A DNA stretch of 64,000 nucleotides. It comes from an uncultured Clostridia bacterium. GTDB lineage: Bacteria > Bacillota > Clostridia > Christensenellales > Borkfalkiaceae. Shown here one piece after another: positions 32,640-41,386 of this stretch. Made by a program: the position numbers and the translations under genes. The notes below the pieces were generated by a model. That model worked only from the letters and a program-made list of their open reading frames with translations. It had not been told where the DNA came from and searched no databases. The DNA lies in contig CALVWO010000001.1 of NCBI GenBank assembly GCA_944367465.1, positions 6,758-70,757 of the forward strand. Direction: 5' to 3'. The stretch's first letter is position 1. Each line of letters begins with the position of its first letter.

Positions 32640-32668
32640 TTGTATAAAATGTTTTTGAGGAGGCTGAT

Positions 32669-33022
32669 ATGAGATTGAAAGATCTTCGCGAAGAACATAA
32701 TCTTACTCAGAAAGAACTTGGCGCTCTTGTAGGCGTTGCGCAGTCTAATATCAACCGTTGGGAAAATGGAACCGTCTGCCCTTCCGCAGATTTTGTTGTT
32801 AAACTTGCTGATTATTTCGATGTCTCAACCGACTATCTTCTCGGGCGTACGGACGAACTCGGCGCAGTCATCACCCCTTTCCCCCCTTCAGATGATTACA
32901 CAGATGAGGAGAAAAAGCTGATCGCGGACTACCGCGAGCTCACGCCCCCTTTGAAACGTATGATCCAGGAGACCCTCAAAACATGGAAAAGCTCAGAGAT
33001 CAACACGAAAAAACTTTCTTGA
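32669..33022 (+). CDS. XRE-family HTH regulator (repressor-like)
   Basis: 117 aa. Contains MRLKDLREEHNLTQKELGALVGVAQSNINRWENGTVCP. RBS GAGGAGG. Confidence 0.85.
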   Translation: MRLKDLREEHNLTQKELGALVGVAQSNINRWENGTVCPSADFVVKLADYFDVSTDYLLGRTDELGAVITPFPPSDDYTDEEKKLIADYRELTPPLKRMIQETLKTWKSSEINTKKLS

Positions 33023-33324
33023 TGAAATCGGATCCCGTTCTGCTTGCGCTTGTCGCGCTTTTCTCCCGCTGCGAGCATGTGGAACGAGCCGCACTCTTCG
33101 GCTCCCGTGCCCGCGGCGACTTTTCTGAACGGAGCGATTACGATATTGCCGTGTTCGGAACGATTCCCGAAAGCGCCAAACTGCAGCTGCGCAGCGCCTG
33201 CCGCGAAGGGCTCCCCACCCTGCACAAGATCGATCTTATCTTTGCAGATGAGGTCACGGACGAAAAATTTATGCAAAGCATTCTGAAGGAGGGCGTTACG
33301 TTCTATGACAAAACTGCAAAATAA
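33022..33324 (+). CDS. Nucleotidyltransferase-domain protein (MNT-type, HI0073-like)
   Basis: Contains GSRARGDFSERSDYDIAVFG (the GS-x10-DxD NTase motif). Start ATG at 33022 overlaps the XRE stop. Confidence 0.8.
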   Translation: MKSDPVLLALVALFSRCEHVERAALFGSRARGDFSERSDYDIAVFGTIPESAKLQLRSACREGLPTLHKIDLIFADEVTDEKFMQSILKEGVTFYDKTAK

Positions 33325-33709
33325 ATACGAAAACTATTCTGCCGCAGTAAAACGGCTGAACGAGGCAAACATTGCCTACAAGAAAAACGCCGACAACGAT
33401 ATCTATCAGGACGCGCTCATCAAACGTTTTGAATTTACCTTTGAGCTTTGCTGGAAAACGCTGCGTGAATTTATGCTCGATCAGGGCTACCTTTTGGAGA
33501 TCGCTTCCCCCAAGGGCGTTTTCGCGCTCGCCTATCAGGAAGGCATCCTCAGTGATGAGGCGCTCTGGTTGGACATGTTGGAATCGCGCAATCTGACTTC
33601 GCACGATTACGGACGAAAAACTGCCGAAGTGATCGCCGAAAAGATCAGCAACCGCTATGCAAAAGCACTTACGGAACTGAGCAAATACATCTCTTCCGCA
33701 CTCAAATAA
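33305..33709 (+). CDS. HI0074-family nucleotidyltransferase substrate-binding (HEPN-like) protein
   Basis: 134 aa. Contains ALIKRFEFTFELCWKTLREFM and RNLTSHDY. Overlaps the MNT gene by 20 nt. Confidence 0.8.
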   Translation: MTKLQNKYENYSAAVKRLNEANIAYKKNADNDIYQDALIKRFEFTFELCWKTLREFMLDQGYLLEIASPKGVFALAYQEGILSDEALWLDMLESRNLTSHDYGRKTAEVIAEKISNRYAKALTELSKYISSALK

Positions 33710-34115
33710 AAACGCGCTCGCTTTTTTCTTTGAAAAAAGTGAGCGAAATTCTACTTTTGTTTTGTTATAAAATTAACTCCGAGGGCGCACTTGCCCGAAA
33801 GGAGTATTTTATGACGTTTCAAGAACAAACCGAGCTGTTAATGACAGCCATCCAAAGCCTGATGGCACTTTACAGGGATATTACAGAAATTGACCGCCCC
33901 TTCGTGCGCGTGTCTTTTTCTGAACTAAAAAAAATCCCGAGCCATCGACTGCGGCTGACGCCGCGCAGAGTGCCCAGGCGGTTTTGCTCGACTTCACCGC
34001 CGAGCTGGAAAAGCGGAAAAGCCGCATGGAGCAAAACTCCATGCAGCCGATCGCGCCGCCGGATCATACGGCAAAAACGGAATTTTTGGAATTTACACCA
34101 AAGGAGATTTCAAAA

Positions 34116-35117
34116 ATGCCGACATTTTTTAGAAAAGAATTTCGCTTAAAAGGAGGTACCGTCGCACACATAAGAGTAAAGCCAAACGGAAGTTACGAGA
34201 TCAGATACCGCCGCGGCGGTATCAATCTCAGTGTATCGGCAAAAACAGTTGAAGCAGCCAAAGAACGATTTATCGAAAAACTCTGTGAGGCAAAAACGGA
34301 CAGCCTAAATAGCCGTACCCTTTTCGGGCAATATGCAACGCAGTGGCTTGAAGTTGTCAAAAAACCACAAGTAAAAGAAACGACTTACGAAGATTATAAG
34401 GTCATGTTCCGCGTTCATATATTTCCGAAATTCGGAAAAATGAGGATGCGCGACATAAAGCCCATCGATGTGCAGAAGCTCATTAACTTCATCTGCGAAA
34501 AGAAAACATTTCGTAACGCTGAAAAAGTCTATGTTCTCTTGAACGCCGTATTCAATTTTGCTGTTGCAGAAAATGTAATAGCGAAATCACCCATGGCACT
34601 CATTAAAAAGCCCGTCCATGAGCCGAAGCACGGACAGGCTTTTACGGTAGACGAGGAGCGGCGTCTCGTAGAAAAATGTCTTGCGGAAAACACACTCTAC
34701 GGTTACGCATTTATCTTTATGCTTTATACGGGGCTGCGTCGTTCAGAGCTATCGTCTGTTACGATCCAATCACAATGGATCACGCTGTATACCGCCAAGA
34801 ACAGACAAGGAACAAACCCAAAAATGCGTAAAATTCCGATCTCCCCCATGCTGCGACCATTTATTCCATTGATGAATCAAAAGATTTTTCAGTTAGACAT
34901 GGGGAATATGTCACGCACCTTCGCGAAATATTTCCCTGGGAGGCATCTTCACGAACTGCGCCATACGTTTATCACAAGATGTCAGGAATGTGGGATCTCT
35001 CGTGAATTGACTTCCCTTTGGGCGGGACACAAGGCAGACAACACGATGACGTCTAATGTCTATACGCATTTTTCCGAAGAGTTCCAACTTGGAGAAATTC
35101 AAAAGCTGCGATACTAA
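34116..35117 (+). CDS. int: Tyrosine recombinase/phage integrase
   Basis: Start MPTFFRKEF is preceded by AAGGAG. The frame is open from 33924. Catalytic region GLRRSEL ... HELRHTFITRC ... NVYTHF. Lies 130 nt from attR. Confidence 0.9.
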   Translation: MPTFFRKEFRLKGGTVAHIRVKPNGSYEIRYRRGGINLSVSAKTVEAAKERFIEKLCEAKTDSLNSRTLFGQYATQWLEVVKKPQVKETTYEDYKVMFRVHIFPKFGKMRMRDIKPIDVQKLINFICEKKTFRNAEKVYVLLNAVFNFAVAENVIAKSPMALIKKPVHEPKHGQAFTVDEERRLVEKCLAENTLYGYAFIFMLYTGLRRSELSSVTIQSQWITLYTAKNRQGTNPKMRKIPISPMLRPFIPLMNQKIFQLDMGNMSRTFAKYFPGRHLHELRHTFITRCQECGISRELTSLWAGHKADNTMTSNVYTHFSEEFQLGEIQKLRY

Positions 35118-35247
35118 GAGAATGTTTTCCCCATAATTTCCCCGTATTTATAAAACGAGGATGAATTTATTATGAATATTCTGCTTTTTTATGTTGATTT
35201 TATGCGGAAAATCACAAAATTCAATGAATAAATGCAGAACGACACAT

Positions 35248-35340
35248 CTCAAAATCCTGTGGTAGTGATACCGTATCGGTTCGACCCCGATCAGCGGCAC
35301 CATCTAAATTCGGTCATTTTTGAGCTGTTTCGCTTAAAAA
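35248..35340 (+). repeat. attR: second copy of the 93-bp repeat (contains a non-functional 55-nt 3' fragment of tRNA-Leu)
   Basis: Identical to 16939-17031. The sequence 5' of 35248 does not match the tRNA. Confidence 0.9.
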
Positions 35341-35403
35341 CGACCGTTTTTTTCTTCTTTTCAGCGAATTGAAATATATAGCATCATTGAAATTATTTTT
35401 TGC

Positions 35404-36360
35404 ATGGAGCAGAACATGATCATAAATGTCGGTGCAAGAACGGATATTGTAAACCATTATGGCGCGTGGTTGTTGGAACGGTTCCGCAAGGGCTTCGTCT
35501 TTACGCGCAATCCCCTCTTTCCCAATCGCGTTACGCAATACGAGCTCTCTCCCGACAAAGTTGACGCCGTAATATTCTGTTCCAAAAATTATGCTCCGAT
35601 GCTCGGTACTCTGCACGAAATAACCGATAGCTACCGCACGTACTTTCATTATACGATCACTGCCTACGGGAAGGATGTGGAACCGAATGTTCCCGATATC
35701 GACGCGAGCATACGAACGCTGAAAGAACTCTCCTCCCTCATAGGCAGAGAAAAACTCGCCTGGCGGTACGATCCCGTCCTGCTTACGCACGCCTATACCG
35801 TCGAACGGCATATTCAGACGTTCTCTTACCTCTGCGAGCACATCGCTCCGTACGTCTCGCGCTGCATTTTCAGCTTTGTGGAGATGTATGCAAAACTCGC
35901 GCACAATATGCCGGAACTCATCCCTTTAACACATGAACAGAAAAATGCGCTTGCAAAAGCCTTTGCGGAGACCGCAAAGAGATATAACCTGCCCATCCAG
36001 ACTTGTTCCACGCGCGATACGTTCCCGCAGTATGGGATCGCGGCGACGGGATGTATCACATTAAAGACGCTCGGCGAGGCAAACCGCTGCATCTTCCGCG
36101 ACGTAAAACATAACGGACTGCGGCGCGGCTGCCTTTGCATCGAAAGCCGAGACGTAGGCTGGTATGATACCTGCCCGAACTTCTGCAAGTATTGCTACGC
36201 CAACAAATCGGAGGCGGCGGTGCGGGAGAATATGCGCCAACACGACGTACATTCCCCGTTGCTGATCGGGCATCTTAACGACGACGATGTGCTGATCAAG
36301 GGAAACCAGGTGAGCTTTTTGAAGAGCGACGGTCGGCAGATCTCTCTTTTCGATCTGTAA
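35404..36360 (+). CDS. DUF1848-family protein
   Basis: 318 aa. Contains IINVGARTDIVNHYGAWLLERFRKGFV and the C-terminal Cys cluster CLCIESRDVGWYDTCPNFCKYCYAN. Confidence 0.7.
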   Translation: MEQNMIINVGARTDIVNHYGAWLLERFRKGFVFTRNPLFPNRVTQYELSPDKVDAVIFCSKNYAPMLGTLHEITDSYRTYFHYTITAYGKDVEPNVPDIDASIRTLKELSSLIGREKLAWRYDPVLLTHAYTVERHIQTFSYLCEHIAPYVSRCIFSFVEMYAKLAHNMPELIPLTHEQKNALAKAFAETAKRYNLPIQTCSTRDTFPQYGIAATGCITLKTLGEANRCIFRDVKHNGLRRGCLCIESRDVGWYDTCPNFCKYCYANKSEAAVRENMRQHDVHSPLLIGHLNDDDVLIKGNQVSFLKSDGRQISLFDL

Positions 36361-36391
36361 AAAAGCTGCGGACAAGATTTGTCCGCAGCTT

Positions 36392-37279
36392 TTATTTTGT
36401 GAGTTTTGCTACAAAGAATCCCTCGTAGACCTGCGTAGGAAGGATCGTCGCCGTACCTTCACGTGAAGGCAGACGGGGTATTTCCGAAGGTATATCCGCT
36501 GTAAGAAGTTTTGCGCCGAGACGGAGCGCTTCGTCGACCGCGCCCTCGTTTTCCTCTTTGAGCAGCGAGCAGGTCGAATAAACGAGCGTACCGCCTTTTT
36601 TCAGGAGACGGATCGCTTTCCCGATCAGTTTTTTTTGCGCTCTGACGCATTTTGCAAGATAATCTGCGGAGAACCGTATGCGCGCCCCTTCCGTGATCGT
36701 ACCCGTTCCCGTACAGGGCGCATCGAGCAGGATCTTATCGAACCGCAGGAAATCGTCGAGCATGAGCGCGTCTGTTCTGACGGCATTGACGCGCGAAGCC
36801 CCCTGACGGGACAGATTGAACTGCATGCGCGCAAAGCGGGCGCCGTCACGCTCACATGCCGTGATAAGCGCCTTTCCGCCGGAGAGCGCCAGAAGTTCCG
36901 TCGTCTTCCCGCCGGGAGCGGCTGTCATATCCAGAACGTTTTCGCCCGCCTGCGGATCCAGCACCAGAGGCGGCAGCATGGATGAAAGACTCTGCAGATA
37001 GAGTCCGCCGTCCGCATAGAGCAGCAGGTGCCGTACGTCCTCCTCGTCGGCAGACGGGAGAATAAAGGCATCCGAATACCATGCGGGGCGCTCGAATACA
37101 ATTTCGTTACCTGTAAGCACCGCTGCAACTTGCTCCGCAGTCGTTTTAAGCGTGTTGGCACGCAGCGTGACGGCACGTTTTGCGCCATATCCATGCAAAA
37201 TATCGGAAAAAAGCGTCCCGTAGGACGCTTCAAGTCTGTTTTTCAGCTCTTCGGGAATCATTTGATCTCTGCGACCCAT
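36392..37279 (-). CDS. RsmB/RsmF (NOL1/NOP2/Sun) family rRNA m5C methyltransferase
   Basis: Contains DMTAAPGGKTT, LLDAPCTGTGT and YSTCSL. Confidence 0.85.
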   Translation of the reverse strand: MGRRDQMIPEELKNRLEASYGTLFSDILHGYGAKRAVTLRANTLKTTAEQVAAVLTGNEIVFERPAWYSDAFILPSADEEDVRHLLLYADGGLYLQSLSSMLPPLVLDPQAGENVLDMTAAPGGKTTELLALSGGKALITACERDGARFARMQFNLSRQGASRVNAVRTDALMLDDFLRFDKILLDAPCTGTGTITEGARIRFSADYLAKCVRAQKKLIGKAIRLLKKGGTLVYSTCSLLKEENEGAVDEALRLGAKLLTADIPSEIPRLPSREGTATILPTQVYEGFFVAKLTK

Positions 37280-37731
37280 TCTTTTACGTCGCTCTCCTCC
37301 GTCACCTGAACGCCCTCGTTAAAACGTATGCTCAGGACAGGCGAAACTACTGCGCCTCGGAGCGCCTTTCTGAAATCGCTGGGCGTGTGACCGAGTTCGC
37401 CGCCGTTCGTCGTAAACGGATAAACTTTTTTACCTTTCCACCTGACGGTCGACATAAATTTTTTGACGGCGGGTGCGTAAGTATACCACCAGACGGGAGT
37501 GCCGATGATGATCGTATCGTATTCGTTTGCATCGTAAGTGAGCGGCGCGATCTGCGGCATATAACCGCTTTTCACTTCCTTTTCTCCGAGTCCGACAAGC
37601 ACGTCGTAGTCATCGGGATACGTCTTTATCGTGCGGATCTCCATCAGATCTGCCCGCAGAGTCTGCGCAATGCGCTTTGCGACTGCGCGCGTGTTCCCGC
37701 TCAGCGAATAATATACGACCAGCTTTTTCAT
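37258..37731 (-). CDS. Flavodoxin
   Basis: Start MKKLVVYYSLSGNTRAVAKRIA at 37731, preceded by GGGAGG. Contains IIIGTPVWWY. Confidence 0.8.
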   Translation of the reverse strand: MKKLVVYYSLSGNTRAVAKRIAQTLRADLMEIRTIKTYPDDYDVLVGLGEKEVKSGYMPQIAPLTYDANEYDTIIIGTPVWWYTYAPAVKKFMSTVRWKGKKVYPFTTNGGELGHTPSDFRKALRGAVVSPVLSIRFNEGVQVTEESDVKEWVAEIK

Positions 37732-37875
37732 CACTCCGCCTCCCAACTGTTCTGATATTATTATATCATGGATCTGCGAAATTGTAAATATCGAAAAAAG
37801 AAAAAATGCCGCCTGAAACGACATTTTTTATAAATATACAAAAAATATGCGATAACTTCGCGAGACATCGCCCGA

Positions 37876-38826
37876 TCAGTAGAACGTTGCAAGTTCCTGT
37901 TCGGGCGGGGCGCTGTATTCGATCTTGCTCGCCCTGAGAACAGGCCCCTTCTGCCCGTAGATCGGGTGATAAGCGATCTCGATTTTTGCCGTAAGTTTGA
38001 CCCAGTCGCGCGTACGGAAAGGCAGATTCACATTGTGCAGACATACAAGCCCGCTGTAAGCGATATCCGCCTCGCAGCAAGTCATGATATGCCTCCCGAC
38101 GACGATCGTGCCCGGTTTCATCTTCTTGTCGACGGCAACAAGCCCCTTGAAGCGGACTGTCTTGCCGCGATATTTCTCCGTCTCCTCCACAAGATCGCGG
38201 TAAAAGAAGGCGTAATCCTTATCCTCGATCTCAATGACGGGAGCGTCGATATCGTACGGGAGCGGATCGACGATCTCATCGTATTCAGCCTTCCCGCCGA
38301 GATATTCATAGACGATACCGGGACGGCGCGTCATACCGCGGACGATCTTGTGATACTCCTCTTTCGAATATTCCCCGCGAAAACGGTTAAAGACGACCAT
38401 ATCTGCGTACTGTACCTTGTCGAATACGAGCTGGCGCATATTCTTGTTATATTGCAGAAATGTCGTTGCGTCAAAGAACGTCATTACCTGCGCGATCGCC
38501 CAGCCCTCAGGCATTGCGTCGAAAAATTTCTGCAATTCCAGCATGCCGTTATATTCGACGCACACGCGCTCCACGCGGTACTTTTCCTGCAATTCTTCCA
38601 GTTTTTCGGGCGTCATTTCCTCGGGATCGAGAAAAGCGACCTCAAAATCGCGTACGGCAAAACGGGAGGTGTCATACTCCTCCTCGCCCTCCTCCAATAC
38701 GAGCAGCAGCGTGCGTTCGCCCGAATCGAACCGCTCGTCCTCAAAGGTCTCCTGTATGAACTTCGTCTTTCCGGATTCCAGAAATCCTAAAAAGAGATAG
38801 ACGGGAATTTCCTGTTGTTCCTGCAT
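37876..38826 (-). CDS. G3E/CobW-like P-loop domain fused to a DUF1980 (TIGR03943)-like C-terminal domain
   Basis: 316 aa. Contains GFLESGKTKFIQ but no CxCC motif. The C-terminus, GRHIMTCCEADIAYSGL...DWVKLTAKI, resembles the DUF1980 CC.aD motif. Confidence 0.6.
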   Translation of the reverse strand: MQEQQEIPVYLFLGFLESGKTKFIQETFEDERFDSGERTLLLVLEEGEEEYDTSRFAVRDFEVAFLDPEEMTPEKLEELQEKYRVERVCVEYNGMLELQKFFDAMPEGWAIAQVMTFFDATTFLQYNKNMRQLVFDKVQYADMVVFNRFRGEYSKEEYHKIVRGMTRRPGIVYEYLGGKAEYDEIVDPLPYDIDAPVIEIEDKDYAFFYRDLVEETEKYRGKTVRFKGLVAVDKKMKPGTIVVGRHIMTCCEADIAYSGLVCLHNVNLPFRTRDWVKLTAKIEIAYHPIYGQKGPVLRASKIEYSAPPEQELATFY

Positions 38827-38829
38827 AAT

Positions 38830-39894
38830 TTAACCCAAAAACAAAGTTTGCAGCGCATCTTCATCGAGTTTGCAGCCGATCACACAGAGCCTTCCCGTAA
38901 CGGCGGCAGAGCCTGTGCGCACATCCGGTTCCCCGGGAACATAGTCAAAGTGATACCAGACGTCTCCGCCGTCTACAATACCCTTTGCACGGAGCACCTG
39001 ACCGAATTTTCCGGAAGCGAGCGCCGCAAGTTTCTTCTCGAGATCTTCTCTGGTGAAAGATTTACCCGTCTCGACGCCCCAGCTCGTGAAAACTTCATCG
39101 GCATGATGATGGTGCTCATGTTCGTCGCCGTCGTGGTGATGGCAGCAGTGCTCGCGCTCTTCGTCGTCGTGATGGTGATGGCAGTGCTCATGCTCTTCGC
39201 CATCATGATGATGGCAATGCTCATGCTCTTCACCGTCGTGGTGATGGCAGCAGTGCTCGTGCTCTTCATGCGTTTCGTGCGCAAGACGTTCAAGCTCCGC
39301 GGCAAGACTGTCTTTCTTCTCGATCGCGGCAAGGATATCCGCGCCTTTAAGCTCCGTCCAGTCCGTCGTGACGATAGTCACATCTGTATGCTCGCGCAGC
39401 AACGATACCGCCTCTGCAACTTTTTTCTCGTCGCCCGTATGCGAAAGGACGATGCAGCTTGCATTTTCCACCTGATCGAGGAAAAATTCGCCGAAATTTT
39501 TCAGATACATCTTGCATTTTTTCGCATCGACAACGGTGCAGAACGCATTGAGCTGCGCATCCTCCACGCCCGCGCGCTGAACGGCGCGGATGACATCGGA
39601 GAGCTTTCCGACGCCGGAAGGTTCTATGACAATGCGGTCGGGCGCGTATTTTGACGCCACTTCCTTGAGCGCTTTTGCAAAATCACCCACGAGCGTACAG
39701 CAGATGCACCCGGAATTCATCTCGGTGATCTGGATCCCGGCGTCCTGCAAAAAGCCGCCGTCCACGCCGATCTCGCCGAATTCGTTCTCGATAAGAACGA
39801 CCTTCTCGCCCTTGTAAACTTCCTGAATGAGTTTTTTGATGAGCGTCGTCTTGCCTGCGCCCAGAAATCCGGAAAAAATATCTACCTTGATCAT
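38830..39894 (-). CDS. CobW/COG0523-family metallochaperone GTPase with a His/Cys-rich insert
   Basis: Contains GFLGAGKTTLIKKL and GCICCTL. About 60 aa of HETHEEHEHCCHHHDGEEHEHCHHHDGEEHEHCHHHHDDEEREHCCHHHDGDEHEHHHH. Confidence 0.85.
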   Translation of the reverse strand: MIKVDIFSGFLGAGKTTLIKKLIQEVYKGEKVVLIENEFGEIGVDGGFLQDAGIQITEMNSGCICCTLVGDFAKALKEVASKYAPDRIVIEPSGVGKLSDVIRAVQRAGVEDAQLNAFCTVVDAKKCKMYLKNFGEFFLDQVENASCIVLSHTGDEKKVAEAVSLLREHTDVTIVTTDWTELKGADILAAIEKKDSLAAELERLAHETHEEHEHCCHHHDGEEHEHCHHHDGEEHEHCHHHHDDEEREHCCHHHDGDEHEHHHHADEVFTSWGVETGKSFTREDLEKKLAALASGKFGQVLRAKGIVDGGDVWYHFDYVPGEPDVRTGSAAVTGRLCVIGCKLDEDALQTLFLG

Positions 39895-39984
39895 GAAAAA
39901 GCACCTCTTGTTTTCTATCCTACATTATATACCCGCGTACGCATAAAATCAAACGCACGCGGGTAAAAATTATATTCCGTTAAC

Positions 39985-41211
39985 TCAGAACGCCCAGTTT
40001 CCGTTTTTGAAGATCGCGACGCGCTCTCCCTTTGCGGTTACGCCCGTGATCTCAAGATCTTTGCAGCCGATCATGAAATCGACGTGGATCATGCTGTCGT
40101 TGATCCCCATGGCATGCAACTCTTCCTGCGTTTTGTTTTCATATCCGCGGACAAGATTTGTGAACCCGCGGCCGAGCGCAAGATGGCAGCTTGCGTTTTC
40201 ATCGAACAGCGTATTGTAAAAGAGGATCCCGGCATTGCTGATGGGAGAATCGTCGGCGATCAGCGCACATTCGCCCAGCATGCAGGCGCCCTCGTCCATG
40301 GAGATCATCTTTTCAAGAAGATGCTGATTCTTTTTCGCCTTTACCTCGACGACTTTGCCGCCCTCGAAACGTACGGAAAAGTCTTCGATGAGTTCGCCCT
40401 GATAGGAGAGCGGCTTCGTCGCATAGACGATCCCCTCCGCCTCGCCCGCTTTGGGGGAGGTGAAGATCTCCTCCGAGGGAATATTCGGATTGAAGTAGCG
40501 ACCACTCAGCGTATTCTCACCGCCGCCGGCAAAGAGACCTTCCGGAATGAGCCCCACTTTGAAATCTGTGCCGTTTCCCGCCTTGTACTCGAGAGAGACA
40601 AGCCCGAGTCGGTTCAGATAATCGCATCTTCCGCCGATCGTATCGTTATGGCGCGCCCACTCGCGGACAGGATCGGGTCCGTCGGCGCGCGACGCCTTCA
40701 GGATCGCATCCCACAGCGCCTCGACTGCACGATTGACCTGCATGGACGGGAACACCTTTTTCGCCCACGCCTTTCCGGGAACGGCGGCAATGCACCACTG
40801 ATACCTGTTTTCCATTGCGTCGTTATAAGGTTTGAGCACCTTCATCCTGCCGATGCGTGCGCGGGTGAATTTTTCCTGGTCGATCCCCGCAAGTCCGTCG
40901 GGATCCTCGGAGATGATGTGGAGCATTGCGGGAAGTTCCTTCGTATAGGTCTCCATGCGCTCGACTTCCCACTTCATGACGTTGGAAAGCACCTCTTCCT
41001 TCTCATATTTATATTTGAGCTTGGTGACGGGCTGATGCGACCATTCCACTGTGACTTTGCCTGCTCCGGCGCGATAGAGCTCCTCGACCACCCACTCGAC
41101 GAACTCTGGCTGATCGAGCGCCGCGTTGACGATGACCCACTGTCCGCGCTTTACGTTGATGCCCGTCTTTGCCAGAAGTTTTGCATAGCGCTTCAGCTGC
41201 AATTTATTCAT
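39985..41211 (-). CDS. M29-family aminopeptidase (AmpS/PepS-like)
   Basis: 408 aa. Contains LAKTGINVKRGQWVIV and HLALGRGF. Confidence 0.8.
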   Translation of the reverse strand: MNKLQLKRYAKLLAKTGINVKRGQWVIVNAALDQPEFVEWVVEELYRAGAGKVTVEWSHQPVTKLKYKYEKEEVLSNVMKWEVERMETYTKELPAMLHIISEDPDGLAGIDQEKFTRARIGRMKVLKPYNDAMENRYQWCIAAVPGKAWAKKVFPSMQVNRAVEALWDAILKASRADGPDPVREWARHNDTIGGRCDYLNRLGLVSLEYKAGNGTDFKVGLIPEGLFAGGGENTLSGRYFNPNIPSEEIFTSPKAGEAEGIVYATKPLSYQGELIEDFSVRFEGGKVVEVKAKKNQHLLEKMISMDEGACMLGECALIADDSPISNAGILFYNTLFDENASCHLALGRGFTNLVRGYENKTQEELHAMGINDSMIHVDFMIGCKDLEITGVTAKGERVAIFKNGNWAF

Positions 41212-41386
41212 ATTATGTTTTCCTCCGTTTGTTTTATCGTTCCCATTATAGCACAGTTCCCGCCGTCCGTCAATTTTTTGACCGTGAGAAAGCGTAATCC
41301 CTTATACAAGGACCGTGCAAAAAGGGCAGACGATTTTTTATACAAAAAAACGGGTCTCCCCTGTTTTTTTGAAAGTCAGAACAGTA

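Larger units (their letters stand above)
16939..35340. mobile_element. Integrated 18.3-kb element (prophage-like or unknown class) in tRNA-Leu(CAA)
   Basis: 93-bp perfect direct repeats at 16939-17031 and 35248-35340. A tyrosine integrase lies next to the right repeat. Gene content is foreign, and housekeeping genes flank both sides. Confidence 0.85.

Noticed and set aside
33730-34149. 139-aa ORF upstream of int taken at face value
   Set aside because: Only the 39 codons from ATG 33811 to the A8 run look protein-like. After the run the frame becomes Arg/Ser-rich junk, while the -1 frame is protein-like (see the frameshift finding).
35248-35302. Second tRNA-Leu gene at the right end of the element
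   Set aside because: Only the 3' 55 nt of the tRNA are present (anticodon loop to CCA), with no 5' acceptor or D-arm. It is the displaced att remnant, not a gene.
39100-39280. Repetitive DNA that could be mistaken for a CRISPR or VNTR locus (also 26987-27079 and 28883-29026)
   Set aside because: All three lie inside ORFs and encode His/Cys-rich, (PEE)n or acidic repeats in frame. There is no repeat-spacer architecture and no cas genes in the window.
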